Part shown: positions 45,801 to 57,649 of the stretch, piece after piece
Numbering within the stretch: position 1 is the first letter of the stretch
Layout of the letters: each line of letters starts with the position of its first letter
Assembly (NCBI GenBank): GCA_043228905.1
Contig: JBHGNT010000008.1
Location: forward strand, 15,996,001-16,060,000
Reading direction: 5' to 3'
Length of the DNA stretch: 64,000 nucleotides
Source of the DNA: Azolla caroliniana
Lineage: Eukaryota; Plantae; Polypodiophyta
Made by a program: the position numbers and the translations under genes
The notes under the pieces: model-generated
What the model saw: the letters and a program-made list of their open reading frames with translations, nothing else
Told to the model about the DNA's origin: nothing
Database searches by the model: none

Positions 45801-46902
45801 CGTGTCGGACATCCTTCAGCAGCAACTTGCATCCGGTTGGTGTCGACAACCACACGTCTCTTATGCCGACAATTCGGCATGTACCTTCATTCCCCATCCA
45901 GACACAGCCATGATCACCAGCTGAGTAGGATGAGAAGCATTTCTGGTCCGGGGTAAGGTGGAACGACGCTCTGGAGTCTACCACCCAGGTCATCTCGTCG
46001 CCGGCAAGGTTTATCTCACTCTCCTCGGTGATGAGCATCAACTACTCTTCACTTGCCGCGATTGCCGTCGTTCCCTTCCGGTCCGGCATCCTCCGGTCTT
46101 TACCGTTCCGGTCCGGGGTCCGCTTCGAATCGATACCGTCGGTTTCCTTGTCTTTTTGGAAATGACGACAATTCTTTTGGAAGTATCCCGGCTTGCCACA
46201 ATAGAAGCAAGTAGGCCTTCCCCTTGACTTTGACCGTGTCCCCGACTTCTCCCGGTTCTGGGGACTACGGTTTCTATGTCTTCCGCGTTCCGATTCGATA
46301 AGGAGCACTTTGGAGTCGGAGCTCGTATCTTTATCTTTCCGACGCGCCTCCTCATCTAGCAAGCTCGACTTTACTCTTGCTAGGGATAACCGTTTTCCTT
46401 CCGGCCCAGCGTTGCCCAAAGTGACAACCAGCGTCTCCTAGCTATCCGGGAGGGAACCGAGCAGGAGTAGCGCTAGTACCTCATCGGCGAGAGGTACTTC
46501 CAATGAAGTTGCCTGGTGGATCAGCCCCTGGAAGGCATTCATGTGCTCCGCCATGCTGGAGCCATCTTGGTACCGGAGTCTTACTAGCTTCCGGAATACC
46601 GAAACCTGATTAACAGCATTTTTGTTTTGAAACATTATGCCGATCTTCTCCGAGAGCTCATGGACCTTGCTCTCTTCATTGAAGTTGTTGTACAGGCTCA
46701 TGTTGATGAAGCACCATACGTACGCCGTTGTCTTCATGTGCATCACATCCCATATCGCGGCGTCGATTTTGTCTGGTCTCTTGTCCCCGAACTGAACCGG
46801 CAGCCAGAGGTCTTTAACCACGAGCATGTCCCTCATCTTCGACTTCCACACAGAGTAGTTGGAGCCGGTGAGCTTGAACATGCCGCCAAACAATTCGTCC
46901 AT
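42870..46902 (-). pseudogene. B2 gag-pol with a few stops and frameshifts
   Basis: Fragments 46438-46902, 46042-46419, 45460-46041, 43354-45318 and 43125-43310 are collinear with the intact B4 polyprotein. Confidence 0.93.
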
Positions 46903-47398
46903 TTTTTGTGTCGTTTCGCTCTAATACCACTTGATGGGAACTCAACGCTCCTTATGCACAACGCTCGGCCACAACCGAGCTTAGAATCATGCACAGAAAA
47001 CGGGAAATAATGAACGACACGAAGAAGAGACGAGTACACAGGATGTTTACGTGGAAAACCCAAACAAGGAAAAACCACGGCAGCCCACAGGCTGCAAACT
47101 ATCACTATGTTAGAATGTACAACAGTGAGTTCACGGAGGCAATGACCTCGTGCTCACAATCTTCGCCATAGGCAGTGGTTACAACCGAGGCAACGACCTC
47201 TTTCTCTCTCTCTCTCTCTCTGTACACAGTTACATGCTCTCTCTCTCCTTGGACCAACAAGAATGACAACTACTATAAAAGTTTTCCCTAAGTCATATTT
47301 ATACTAATATGACTTTTCGGCTATTTACAAATATAGCCACGATGGACTCTCAGAAACATATTTACGAATATGTCTCTTCATCCGGTGAGCATTCCTCA

Positions 47399-47690
47399 CC
47401 GGGTCTGCACCATCCGGCTCTCCGCAGCCGGGTACTCCCCACCCGGCTCTCCGTAGCCGGGTACTCCTCATCCGGTTCTCACCGGGTCTGCACCATCCGG
47501 CTCTCCGTAGCCGGGTACTCCTCATCCGGTTCTCATCGGGTCTGCACCATCCGGCTCTCCGTAGCCGGGTACTCCTAATCCGGTTCTCACCGGGTCTGCA
47601 CCATCCGGTTCTCCGTAGCCGGGTACTCCTCATCCGGCTCTCACCGGGTTTGCACCATCCGGCTCTCCGTAGCCGGGTACTCCCCATCCG
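47399..47690. repeat. 54-bp tandem repeat, about 5.4 copies, in the B2 5' LTR
   Basis: Same unit as 42631-42840. Confidence 0.9.
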
Positions 47691-47710
47691 GAGGGACCTG
47701 TCTCCCAACA

Positions 47711-50700
47711 GTCGGCGACGAGATAATGTGGGTTGTCGATTCCGGAGCATCGTTTCACTTTACTCCGGACCGGAGATGCATCTCATCCTACACAGTCGAT
47801 GATCATGGTTGTGTCCAGATGGGGAATGAAGGTACATGCCAAATTGTCGGCATAGGAGATGTGTTGTTGACGACATCAACCGGATGCAAGTTGTTGTTGA
47901 AGGATGTATGACACGTTCCGGAGGTTCTACAAAACCTTATATTAGTCGGTCGGCTAGATGATGAAGGCTACATGGGTAGTTTAGCAAAGGGAGCCTAATA
48001 GTGGCGAAAGCCTGGAAGGTCAACACATTGTACCTGATGCATGCCCGGATATGCCGGGAAGAAGTGAACATAGCATCCGACACTGCCAGTGAGCTGTGGC
48101 ACAAGAGACTGTGTCACATGAGTGAGAAGGGGATGAAGAGGCTTGCCGAAGACAACCTCATTCCGGTCACGAACGTGCAACTTGAGAAGTGCACCGATTG
48201 TCTTGCCGGCAAGAAAAACCGAACCTCCTTCTTGTTAAGACCACCAATGAGACGGAATGCACCACTAGAGCTGGGGTATACCAATGTGTGTCAAGTGGAC
48301 ATGAAGTCACATGCCGGATCGCAGTACTTCATGACGTTCATAGACGACCACAGCCGGAAGTTGTGGGTCTTACCGTTGAAGACGAAGGATTAGGTGCTAT
48401 CCGTTTTCAAAAAGCTCCACTCGAGAGTGGAAAGAGAAACCGGCTAGAAGCTGAAGGTGGTTCGAGCAGATAACGGAGGAGAGTATCTGGGGGCAGTTTG
48501 AGGAGTACTGCCGGTCGAATGGAATCCGGCTCAAATTTATTGTGCCGAAGACGTCGGAATTGAACGGACTGGCCAAAAGGATGAACCGATGAGGGTGACC
48601 TATGTGATAAACAAATCACCCTCAGTACCCTTGGGAGGAGACTCACCTCAGAAAGTATGGACCGTTAAAGATGTGTCTTACCAGCATCTGAAGGTGTTTG
48701 GGTGTCTCGCATACGTGCATGTGGCGAAGGACAAGAGAGCAAAGCTAGATCCGAATTCCCGACCATGCATATTCCTTGGATACGGCGATGATGTGTTTGG
48801 TTACCATGTGTGGGATTTGGTCGACAAGAAGGTGTTCCGGAGTCGGGACATAGTCTTCATGGAAGACAGGACCATTGCCGACTGGGAGTCGGAGAAGAAA
48901 TGATCAACTCCAGATCATCCAATGATAACCAGTTTGAGGATACAAGGACCTACCCGGTTGAAAACCAGATGTTGGTCGGCAACCGGATGACACTCGACGA
49001 AGCGGCCGGATATGGACAAGAAATTTAACCGACTGAAGAAGAAGAAGAAGAAGAAGACACCAGAACCGGACAATATCCTGAATCGGATGAGGATGAGGAA
49101 CAAACAGAGGAACCTGTCATCAGAAGCCAAGGATGGAGATATCGTCTCCGAGAGAGAAGATCCCCCCGGAGATTTCTGGATGCACAACATGTTTTGCTAA
49201 CCGATGAGGGGGAGCCGGAAAGCTTCGAAGAAGCAAAGAGAGACACCCACAGCCGCAAGTGGTTGAGTGCCATGTAGGACGAGATGGATTCCTTGCATGA
49301 GAACCACACATACGAACTGACAGAGTTGCCGAAAGGGAAGAGAGCATTCCGGAACAAGTGGGTGTACAAGCTGAAACCGAGAGATGACGGAAATCCACCA
49401 AGGTACAAAGCACAAATCGTGGTGAAGGGCTTCTAGCAGAAGAAAGGAGTGGACTTCAATGAGATCTTTGCCCCGGTAGTAAAGATGACATCCATCCGGA
49501 CGGTATTGGGCATAGTGGCAAGCATGGACCTCCAGGTAGAGCAATTGGACGTCAAGAAGGCATTCCTATATGGCAACCTCGAAGAAGAGATCTGCATGCA
49601 TCAACCAGAAGGATTTGAGAAGAAAGGGAAGGACCACCTGGTGTGTCGGCTGAAGAAGAGCTTATACGGACTGTACCAAGCTCCCTGGCAATGGTACCAG
49701 AAGTTCGACTCCTTCATGACCAATCAAGGGTACCACAAGACGCAAGCCGATCACTGCGTGTTTTTGAAGAAATTTGACGGACGAGATATGGATGATATGT
49801 TGATCGTCGGACGAGACCAAGGCAAGATTCAGATGCTGGAGAAGGCTCTGAACCGGATCTTCTCAATGAAACACTTGGGTCCGGCAAGAAAGATATTGGG
49901 AATGCACATCATCCAGGACCGGTCGAAGAAACTGTTGTGGATGTCACAGGAGAAGTACATGACAAAGGTGCTTCAACGGTTCAACATGTCGGAGGCGAAG
50001 CCAATCGGATCGACATTTCCGACAAACTGCAAGGTATCCGGAAAACAAAGTCTGAGGACAAAGGCGCAAAAGACGGATATGATGAAGATACCATATGCCT
50101 CTGCCGTCGGAATCTTGATGTATGTGATTGTATGTACCCGGCCGAATATCGGATATGCAATCGGAGTGGTAAGCCAGTTCATGAGCAATCCCGGAAGAGA
50201 GTACTAGAATGCAATCAAGTGGATACTCCGGTATTTGAAAGACAGCACGAGTATGTGCCTCTGGTTCGGCTCCGGTAATCCCCAACTTGATGGATTCACG
50301 GATTCGGATATGTCAACTGATGTGGATACCAGCCAGTCTACATCCGGATATGTCATGACTTATGCAGGGGGAGTTGTTTTGTGGCAATCAAGTCTGCATA
50401 AGACGGTTGTGTTGTCAACCACGGAAGCGGAGTACATGGCAGCTCTAGAAGTCGGCAAGGAGATAATCTAGATGAAGGACTTCATCGGAGAGCTAGGGAT
50501 CCCACATGAGTAATACCGGCTCTACTACGACAGTCAAAGTGCCATCCACCTTGCAAAGAACGTGGCCTACCATTCCCGGACGAAACATATCTAGCGGAGG
50601 TACCACTGGATCTGGGAGAGAGTAGAAGATCAAGAGTTCGTGGTGACAAAGATCCACACGGAGGAGAATGGGTTGGATATGCTAACCAAGGGGTTGACAA

Positions 50701-50762
50701 CCAACAAGCTGGACGCATGCCGAAAGCGGATTGGGCTAGCGAGATATCCCATGCCGGAGTGA
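47711..50762 (+). pseudogene. B1 pol remnants (PR, IN, RT, RNase H)
   Basis: WVVDSGASFH, LWHKRLCHMS, FAPVVKMTSIR and FTDSD motifs with many stops. Confidence 0.9.
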
Positions 50763-52127
50763 AGGGGGAGATTGTTGGGAAATCAGTCCCTTCGGATGGG
50801 ATCCGGTTATGAATGGAGAGGACCTGGTGAGAACCGGAAGAGATCCGGAAACCAGATTGGTGGACCCGGTGAGAACCGGAAGAGAAGACATATTTGTAAA
50901 TATGTTTTGAATAAGCCTATTGAGGCTATATTTGTAAATAGTCCTAAGTTCATATAAGTATAAATATGACATAGGGCAATCACTTAATGTGTGTGTGAGT
51001 GTGGTTTTCATACTGTGTATAACTACTGTACACAGAGAGAGAGAGAGAGAGAGAGGAGATATAGAGTTATATTGTGTTGTAACCGCCGCTTGGCGAAGAA
51101 ACGGAGCTCGAGGTCATTGCCTCTGAGTTTCTGACTGTAGCTTTCTCATATAGTGTTAGTTCGAAGTCTGTAGGCTACCGTGGTTTTTCCCATTTAGGGT
51201 TTTCCACATAAACATCTTGTGTACTCTCTTTTGGTGTACATGTATTCATCTCTATTCTCCTTTTTGTGTTTGATCCTTAAACGAAGTGATTCAAGACTCG
51301 GTTGTGGCCGAGCAATATTCCGCACTATTCTCATCAACATGTTCATAAGTTTCCCTTTCTACCCGACATGGCTGAGGGAAACTTCTCGGACATGTTCGAT
51401 GGTATGCAGAGTGTCGTCTCCTGTTTTGACCACTCCTTGCTTTTCCAGTTTCTCCAAGTACGAGAACCATTCCTCATGACTCGTCATATGATTCGACGCT
51501 CCGGATTTAACATACCACACCTTGCTTGGTTTCTAGGTGTTCACGGCCATCGAATTGGCCTTGTGCTTCATTACGAAGGTTGGGCCTGATCCACTTCCGG
51601 GTTGTTCATAGCCCTCAGTGTAGTGCAAATTTTGACACCTTCCTATGTCTCTTCCACTCAATCTGGCTTTGTCCAAATCGGCTCTCTTCTTCCAGCACTC
51701 ACTCTCCCTGTGGCCTTTCTTGCCACAGTACCAACATTCCGTTACAGCCTTCTCTTGCTGGCTTCCGGCGCTGCTATGACTCCCCCTGCTTCCAGAGATT
51801 TTGGAATTGCTTCCGGCACTTCGATTATTCCGCACGTTCTGCTCTTTTTGGCCACCTCCATTGCGTGCTGATCCGCCTCGTCCGCCACGACCACGGGGCC
51901 TATCTTCCTCCGTGTACAACATCTTGTTGTCGGTGTGCGTACTCGTCGACGCACCCGCGTGATTTTGCTCTACGAGCAACATCAACTAAAGCTCGAAGAA
52001 TGAAGGCGTAATCTCCCTTGTGCAAACTGCCGTCCAGAATGCTCCGAACTTTGATGCTCACCCACTAAGACATGTTAGGAAACAGGTCCCTCCGGATGGG
52101 AAGTGAGAAGAACCGTGTTGATGAGAT

Positions 52128-52397
52128 TGTAAAGAATCAACGCTCCGATTCTCCTTCTCCACTCGGCCACCACCGAGTAATCGCGGATCAATGCAGCAGA
52201 AAATAGGAAATACAGAGAAAGACGCGATACACAGGGATTAACGTGGAAAACCCTATACGGGAAAAAACCACGGGAGTGCGAGACTCCAAACCAAACTATG
52301 CACAGAGAAATATACAGTGGCGAGCTGCAAGGCGACGACCTTGAGCTCGCTGTCCTCGCCACAGGCGGCGGTATTACACAGAGGCGTCGACCTCTTC

Positions 52398-52436
<39 letters not shown>

Positions 52437-55400
52437 CTGCACTCACTCTGCTCTCTCGACTAGAACATAAAATGAGCAACAACATAAAACTGTTTGCCCT
52501 AAGTCATATTTATACACATATGACTTTCGGGCCATTTACAAATATAGCCTCAAGGGCTCTTGGCAAACATATTCACAAATATGTCCCCGCATCCGGATCT
52601 CTCTCCGGGTACATTCGTCATCCGGCTCCGTAGCCGGGGTCTACATCATCCGGCTCCGTAGCCGGGTCTTCGTTATCCGGCTCCGTGACCGGGTGTTCGT
52701 CATCCGGCTCCGTGCCGGGTACTATTTATCATCCGGTTCCGTAACCAGAACCGGGCTTGCCGTCATTCATCTCCGGACATCCCATCCGGAGGGACCGAGA
52801 TCCCAACAAAACTCCCCCTTCACTTCGGCATGGGATGTCTCTCCAATCCGATCCTCTTCCGGCATGCTTCTAGCTTGTCGGGTGTGAGCACTTTGGTCAG
52901 CATATCTGACCCGTTCTCGTCCGTGTGGATCTTCGTCAACACGAACTCCTGGTCTTCTATCCTTTCCCGGATCCAGTGATATCTTCGTTGGATGTGCTTC
53001 GTCCGGGAGTGATAGGCCGCGTTCTTCGCAAGGTGGATGGCACTCTGACTGTCGCAGTAGAGTCGGTACTCCTCCTGCCGGATACCGAGCTCTCTAATGA
53101 AGTCCTTCATCCATATTATTTCCTTGCCGGCTTCAACAGCCGCCATGTACTCCGCCTCCGTGGTTGACAACGCAACCGTCTTCTGCAGCCTCGACTGCCA
53201 CGAAACAGCTCCCCCTGCATATGTCATCACATACCCTGATGTGGACCGGCTGGTATCTGCATCAGCCGACATATCCGAATCGGTAAATCCATCGAGTTCG
53301 GGCTTACCGGAGCCGAATCGGAGGCACACGTTTGCCGTGCCCTTCAGGTATCGGAGCATCCACTTGACCGCGTTCCAGTGCTCCTTGCCGGGGTTACTCA
53401 TGTACCGGCTCACCACTCCGACTGCATATCCTATGTCCGGTCTTGTACACACCATTGCGTACATCAAGCTTCCGACGGCAGAGGCATATGGTACTTTCAT
53501 CATGTCCTCCTTCTCAGCCTTTGTCTTGGGACTTTGCTTGCTGGACAGCTTGCAGTTTGCCGGGAGGGTCGATCCGACCGGTCTTGCCTCCGACATGTTG
53601 AACCGGTGAAGCACCTTCGTCACGTACTTCTCCTGTGACAGCCACAACTGCTTCTTCTTCCGGTCCCGGATGATGTGCATCCCTAATATTTGCCTCGCCT
53701 GACCCAGGTCCTTCATTGAGAAGGTTCGGTGAAGAGCCTTCTTCAGCATCCGTATCTTGACCTGGTCCCGTCCGACGATCAACATGTCGTCCACGTACAG
53801 GAGGAGTATTAGAAAGTCTCCTCCTTCGAACTTCTTCACAAACACGCAGTGGTCGGACTGCGTTTTGAGGTACCCTTCGTCGGTCATGAAGGAGTCGAAC
53901 TTCCGGTACCATTGCCGGGGAGCCTGCTTCAGTCCGTAAAGGCTCTTCTTCAACCGGCATACCAGGTGCTCCTTCTCTTTCTTCTCGAATCCTTCCGGTT
54001 GCTGCATGTAGATCTCTTCTTCGAGGTCACCGTGAAGGAATGCCGTCTTCACGTCCATCTGTTCTACCTCGAGGTCCATGCTTGCCGCTATGCTCAGCAC
54101 CGTCCGGATGGAGGTCATCTTCACTACCGGGGCAAATATCTCGTCGAAGTCGACGCCCTTCTTCTGCTGGAACCCCTTCACCACGATCCTGGCTTTGTAT
54201 CTTGGGGGGTTTCCGGCATCTCCCGGTTTCAGCTTGAACACCCACTTGTTACGGAGTGCCCGTTTTCCTTTCGGCAACTCCACAAGTTCATATGTGTGGT
54301 TCTCATGCAGGGAATCCATCTCCTGCTGCATGGCACTTAACCACCTGCGGCTATGGGTGTCATGCTTCGCTTCTTCAAAGCTCTCCGGCTCCCCCTCGTC
54401 GGTTAGCAGCACGTGCTCTGGTTCCGGAAATCTCCGGGGGGCCCTTCTCTCTCTTAGAGGATATCTCCGTTCCGGAGCTTCGGTAACCGGTTCTTCCGAT
54501 TCTTCTTCATCCGAATCCATTTCGGGATCGGGGCCGGTTCCGGTATCATATTCATCTTCTTCGGCCGGTTCTGTTTCTTCACCGTCTTCGGCCGGATCCT
54601 CGAGTGCTAACCGGTCTCTTGCCGGTCGGGACTGCTCCTCGTAGAGTTGATCCTCACCGGTCGACTTGGAGCTCTTCATCTTCTTCTCCGACTCCCAGTC
54701 GGCGAGTGTCTTGTCCTCCATGAAGATGATATCACGACTCCTGAATATCTTCTTGTCGACCAGGTCCCATACTCGGTAGCCGAACTCGTCGTCGCCGTAA
54801 CCGAGGAATATGCATGGACGGGTCTTTGGATCTAGCTTTCCTCTCCGGTCCTTTGCCACATGCACATATGCGAGACACCCGAACACCTTCAGATGCCGGT
54901 AGGATACTTCCCTACCGGTCCACACTCTCTGCGGCGTGTCTCCGTCCAAAGGTACTGAGGGTGATCTGTTAATCACGTATGTCGCCGTCGACATTGCCTC
55001 AGCCCAAAACCCCTTGGGTAATTTCGCATGCGCCAGCATACTCCGGACCCTCTCCATTATGGTCCGGTTCATCCTCTCGGCCAGCCCGTTCAGTTCCGGC
55101 GTCTTCGGCACTGTAAACTCGAGCCGGATTCCCTTCGAGCGACAGTACTCCTGGAACTGCCCCCGGTATTCCCCTCCGTTATCCGCTCGTATCGCTTTCA
55201 GCTCCTTGCCGGATTCTCTTTCCACTCTCGCGTGGAGTTCTTTGAAGACGGACAATACTTGGTCCTTTGTCTTCAACGGTGCCATCCACAGCTTCCGGCT
55301 GTGGTCATCAATGAATGTCACGAAGTACTGGGCTCCGCCATGTGACTTCGTTTCTACTTGACACACGTCAGTATGCACCAGCTCCAATGGTGCAATACGT

Positions 55401-57193
55401 CTCGTCGGTGGCCTTGAGTGGAAGGAGGCCCGGTTTTGCTTACCGGCCAGGCAGTCGGTGCACTTCTCCAGGTGCACATGCTTCACTGGAATAAGGTTGT
55501 CTTCTGCAAGCCTCTTCATCCCCTTCTCACTCATGTGGCACAGCCTCTTGTGCCACAGCTCACCGGCAGTGTCGGCTGCCACATTCAACTCCTCCGGACA
55601 TAGCCGGGAATTCATCAGGTACAGTGTGTTGACCTTCCGGGCCCGAGCCACTATCAAGCTCCCCTTGCTGAACTTCATTACGCCGTTCCGGATGCTACCT
55701 GTGTAGCCTTCATCGTCTAGCCTCCCGGCCGAAATCAGGTTCAATCGAACCTCTGGAACGTGTCGGACATCCTTCAGCAGCATTTTACATCCGGTTGATG
55801 TCATCAGCCACACGTCTCCTATGCCGGCAATCCGGCACGTACCTTCATTTCCCATCCGGACGCAGCCGTGCTCACCGGCTATGTAGGATGAGAAGTATTT
55901 CTTCTCCGGGGTCAGGTGGAACGACGCTCCGGAATCGACCACCCAGGTCATCTCTTCTCCGGCAAGGTTCAGCTCCCTCTCTTCGGTAATGAGCATTATC
56001 TCTTCTTCACTTGCCGCGAGTGCTGTCGTTCCTTTCCGGTCCTGCCCTCGCCGATCCGGACCTCTCCGGCCCGTGGCTCCCCGGTATGCACCGTTTCTCT
56101 CCGGTGACTTCTTCGAATCGGTGTCGTCGGCTCCGTTGTCCTTTCGGTAATGCCGACAATTCTTCCGGAAGTGCCCCGGCTTCCCACAGTGGAAGCATGT
56201 GGGTCTTCCTCTTGACTGCGACCGGGTCCCCGACTTCTCCCGTCTTTGTGGACTCCGGTTCCATTGTCTTCCCCGATCCGATTCGGTAAGCAGCGCCTTC
56301 GTGTCGGAGGCCGGTTCTTTATCTCTCCGACGCGCTTCTTCGTTCAAAATACTTGTCTTTACCGTTTGTAAAGACAAGTTATCTTCGGTGCACGAGGTGC
56401 TGAGAGTCACCACCAAGTTCTCCCAGCTTTCCGGCAATGTACACATCAGGATGATGGCTTGCATTGCATCCTCCAACGGGAACTTAATCGCCGCAAGCTG
56501 GTTCACGAATCCCATGAACGTGCTTACGTGTTCCACCATACTCTCGCCGTCCCGGTACTTGAGATTCACTATCTTCCTCATCAGGGAGGTCCGGTTCAAC
56601 GCATTCTTCCTCTCGTAGAGGCCCGACAGCTTCTTCCACATCTCGTATGCGTTGGTGTCGTTCGCCACGTGTTGTAGGACGCTTACATCGACATATTGTC
56701 GGATCGTTGCTACGGCTTTCCGGTTCAGGAGCTTCCACTCCGACTCAAGTACCCCTTTCGGTATTTCCGACCTGTCAATAGGTTCGTACAGGTCCCGAAC
56801 AATCAGAAGATCCTCCATCTTGATCTTCCAGTCGGCGTAGTTCTGCGCGTTCAGCACCATCATTCCCGGCTGCCCGCTGCTGCCGCCTTCCATTTTCTGT
56901 GTTACCGTGCTCTGATACCAGATTGTAAAGAATCAACGCTCCGATTCTCCTTCTCCACTCGGCCACCACCGAGTAATCGCGGATCAATGCAGCAGAAAAT
57001 AGGAAATACAGAGAAAGACGCGATACACAGGGATTAACGTGGAAAACCCTATACGGGAAAAAACCACGGGAGTGCGAGACTCCAAACCAAACTATGCACA
57101 GAGAAATATACAGTGGCGAGCTGCAAGGCGACGACCTTGAGCTCGCTGTCCTCGCCACAGGCGGCGGTATTACACAGAGGCGTCGACCTCTTC

Positions 57194-57232
<39 letters not shown>

Positions 57233-57604
57233 CTGCACTCACTCTGCTCTCTCGACTAGAACATAAAATGAGCAACAACATAAAACTGTTTGCCCTAAGT
57301 CATATTTATACACATATGACTTTCGGGCCATTTACAAATATAGCCTCAAGGGCTCTTGGCAAACATATTCACAAATATGTCCCCGCATCCGGATCTCTCT
57401 CCGGGTACATTCGTCATCCGGCTCCGTAGCCGGGGTCTACATCATCCGGCTCCGTAGCCGGGTCTTCGTTATCCGGCTCCGTGACCGGGTGTTCGTCATC
57501 CGGCTCCGTGCCGGGTACTATTTATCATCCGGTTCCGTAACCAGAACCGGGCTTGCCGTCATTCATCTCCGGACATCCCATCCGGAGGGACCGAGATCCC
57601 AACA
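52128..57604 (-). mobile_element. B4: intact, very young Tnt1/Tork-like copia element (5.5 kb)
   Basis: 681-bp LTRs at 52128-52808 and 56924-57604 with no difference found by eye. PBS TGGTATCAGAGC 56909-56920, PPT 52811-52822, TSD ATGAG at 52121-52125 and 57605-57609. Confidence 0.97.
52820..56893 (-). CDS. gag-pol: B4 Gag-Pol polyprotein (1357 aa: Gag, CCHC, PR, IN, RT, RNase H)
   Basis: Uninterrupted ORF with CFHCGKPGHFRKNC, WVVDSGASFH, LVHTDV / IRADNGGEY / NGLAER, QMDVKTAFLHG, LLYVDDM and FTDSD / YCDSQSAIHL. Confidence 0.98.
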   Translation of the reverse strand: MEGGSSGQPGMMVLNAQNYADWKIKMEDLLIVRDLYEPIDRSEIPKGVLESEWKLLNRKAVATIRQYVDVSVLQHVANDTNAYEMWKKLSGLYERKNALNRTSLMRKIVNLKYRDGESMVEHVSTFMGFVNQLAAIKFPLEDAMQAIILMCTLPESWENLVVTLSTSCTEDNLSLQTVKTSILNEEARRRDKEPASDTKALLTESDRGRQWNRSPQRREKSGTRSQSRGRPTCFHCGKPGHFRKNCRHYRKDNGADDTDSKKSPERNGAYRGATGRRGPDRRGQDRKGTTALAASEEEIMLITEERELNLAGEEMTWVVDSGASFHLTPEKKYFSSYIAGEHGCVRMGNEGTCRIAGIGDVWLMTSTGCKMLLKDVRHVPEVRLNLISAGRLDDEGYTGSIRNGVMKFSKGSLIVARARKVNTLYLMNSRLCPEELNVAADTAGELWHKRLCHMSEKGMKRLAEDNLIPVKHVHLEKCTDCLAGKQNRASFHSRPPTRRIAPLELVHTDVCQVETKSHGGAQYFVTFIDDHSRKLWMAPLKTKDQVLSVFKELHARVERESGKELKAIRADNGGEYRGQFQEYCRSKGIRLEFTVPKTPELNGLAERMNRTIMERVRSMLAHAKLPKGFWAEAMSTATYVINRSPSVPLDGDTPQRVWTGREVSYRHLKVFGCLAYVHVAKDRRGKLDPKTRPCIFLGYGDDEFGYRVWDLVDKKIFRSRDIIFMEDKTLADWESEKKMKSSKSTGEDQLYEEQSRPARDRLALEDPAEDGEETEPAEEDEYDTGTGPDPEMDSDEEESEEPVTEAPERRYPLRERRAPRRFPEPEHVLLTDEGEPESFEEAKHDTHSRRWLSAMQQEMDSLHENHTYELVELPKGKRALRNKWVFKLKPGDAGNPPRYKARIVVKGFQQKKGVDFDEIFAPVVKMTSIRTVLSIAASMDLEVEQMDVKTAFLHGDLEEEIYMQQPEGFEKKEKEHLVCRLKKSLYGLKQAPRQWYRKFDSFMTDEGYLKTQSDHCVFVKKFEGGDFLILLLYVDDMLIVGRDQVKIRMLKKALHRTFSMKDLGQARQILGMHIIRDRKKKQLWLSQEKYVTKVLHRFNMSEARPVGSTLPANCKLSSKQSPKTKAEKEDMMKVPYASAVGSLMYAMVCTRPDIGYAVGVVSRYMSNPGKEHWNAVKWMLRYLKGTANVCLRFGSGKPELDGFTDSDMSADADTSRSTSGYVMTYAGGAVSWQSRLQKTVALSTTEAEYMAAVEAGKEIIWMKDFIRELGIRQEEYRLYCDSQSAIHLAKNAAYHSRTKHIQRRYHWIRERIEDQEFVLTKIHTDENGSDMLTKVLTPDKLEACRKRIGLERHPMPK

Positions 57605-57649
57605 ATGAGCAACTCGGCCGAGGCCGAATCCGGATGTTGCAGACCCGGT

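Larger units (their letters stand above)
42294..47710 (-). mobile_element. B2: Tnt1/Tork-like copia inserted antisense in B1
   Basis: 5' LTR 46932-47710, PBS 46918-46929, PPT 42861-42872, 3' LTR 42294-42859 (outer ~126 bp deleted). The host resumes at VGDEIMWVVDSG. Confidence 0.93.
35691..51336 (+). mobile_element. B1: decayed Tnt1/Tork-like copia inserted in A1; hosts A2 and B2
   Basis: 5' LTR split into 35691-35928 and 41379-41556; PBS 41560-41571; gag 41587-42293; pol 47711-50762; PPT; 3' LTR 50773-51336; TSD ACACG/ACATG. Confidence 0.9.

Noticed and set aside
52399-52434. (TC)n microsatellites as independent features
   Set aside because: They are integral parts of family-B LTRs and are present in each copy.
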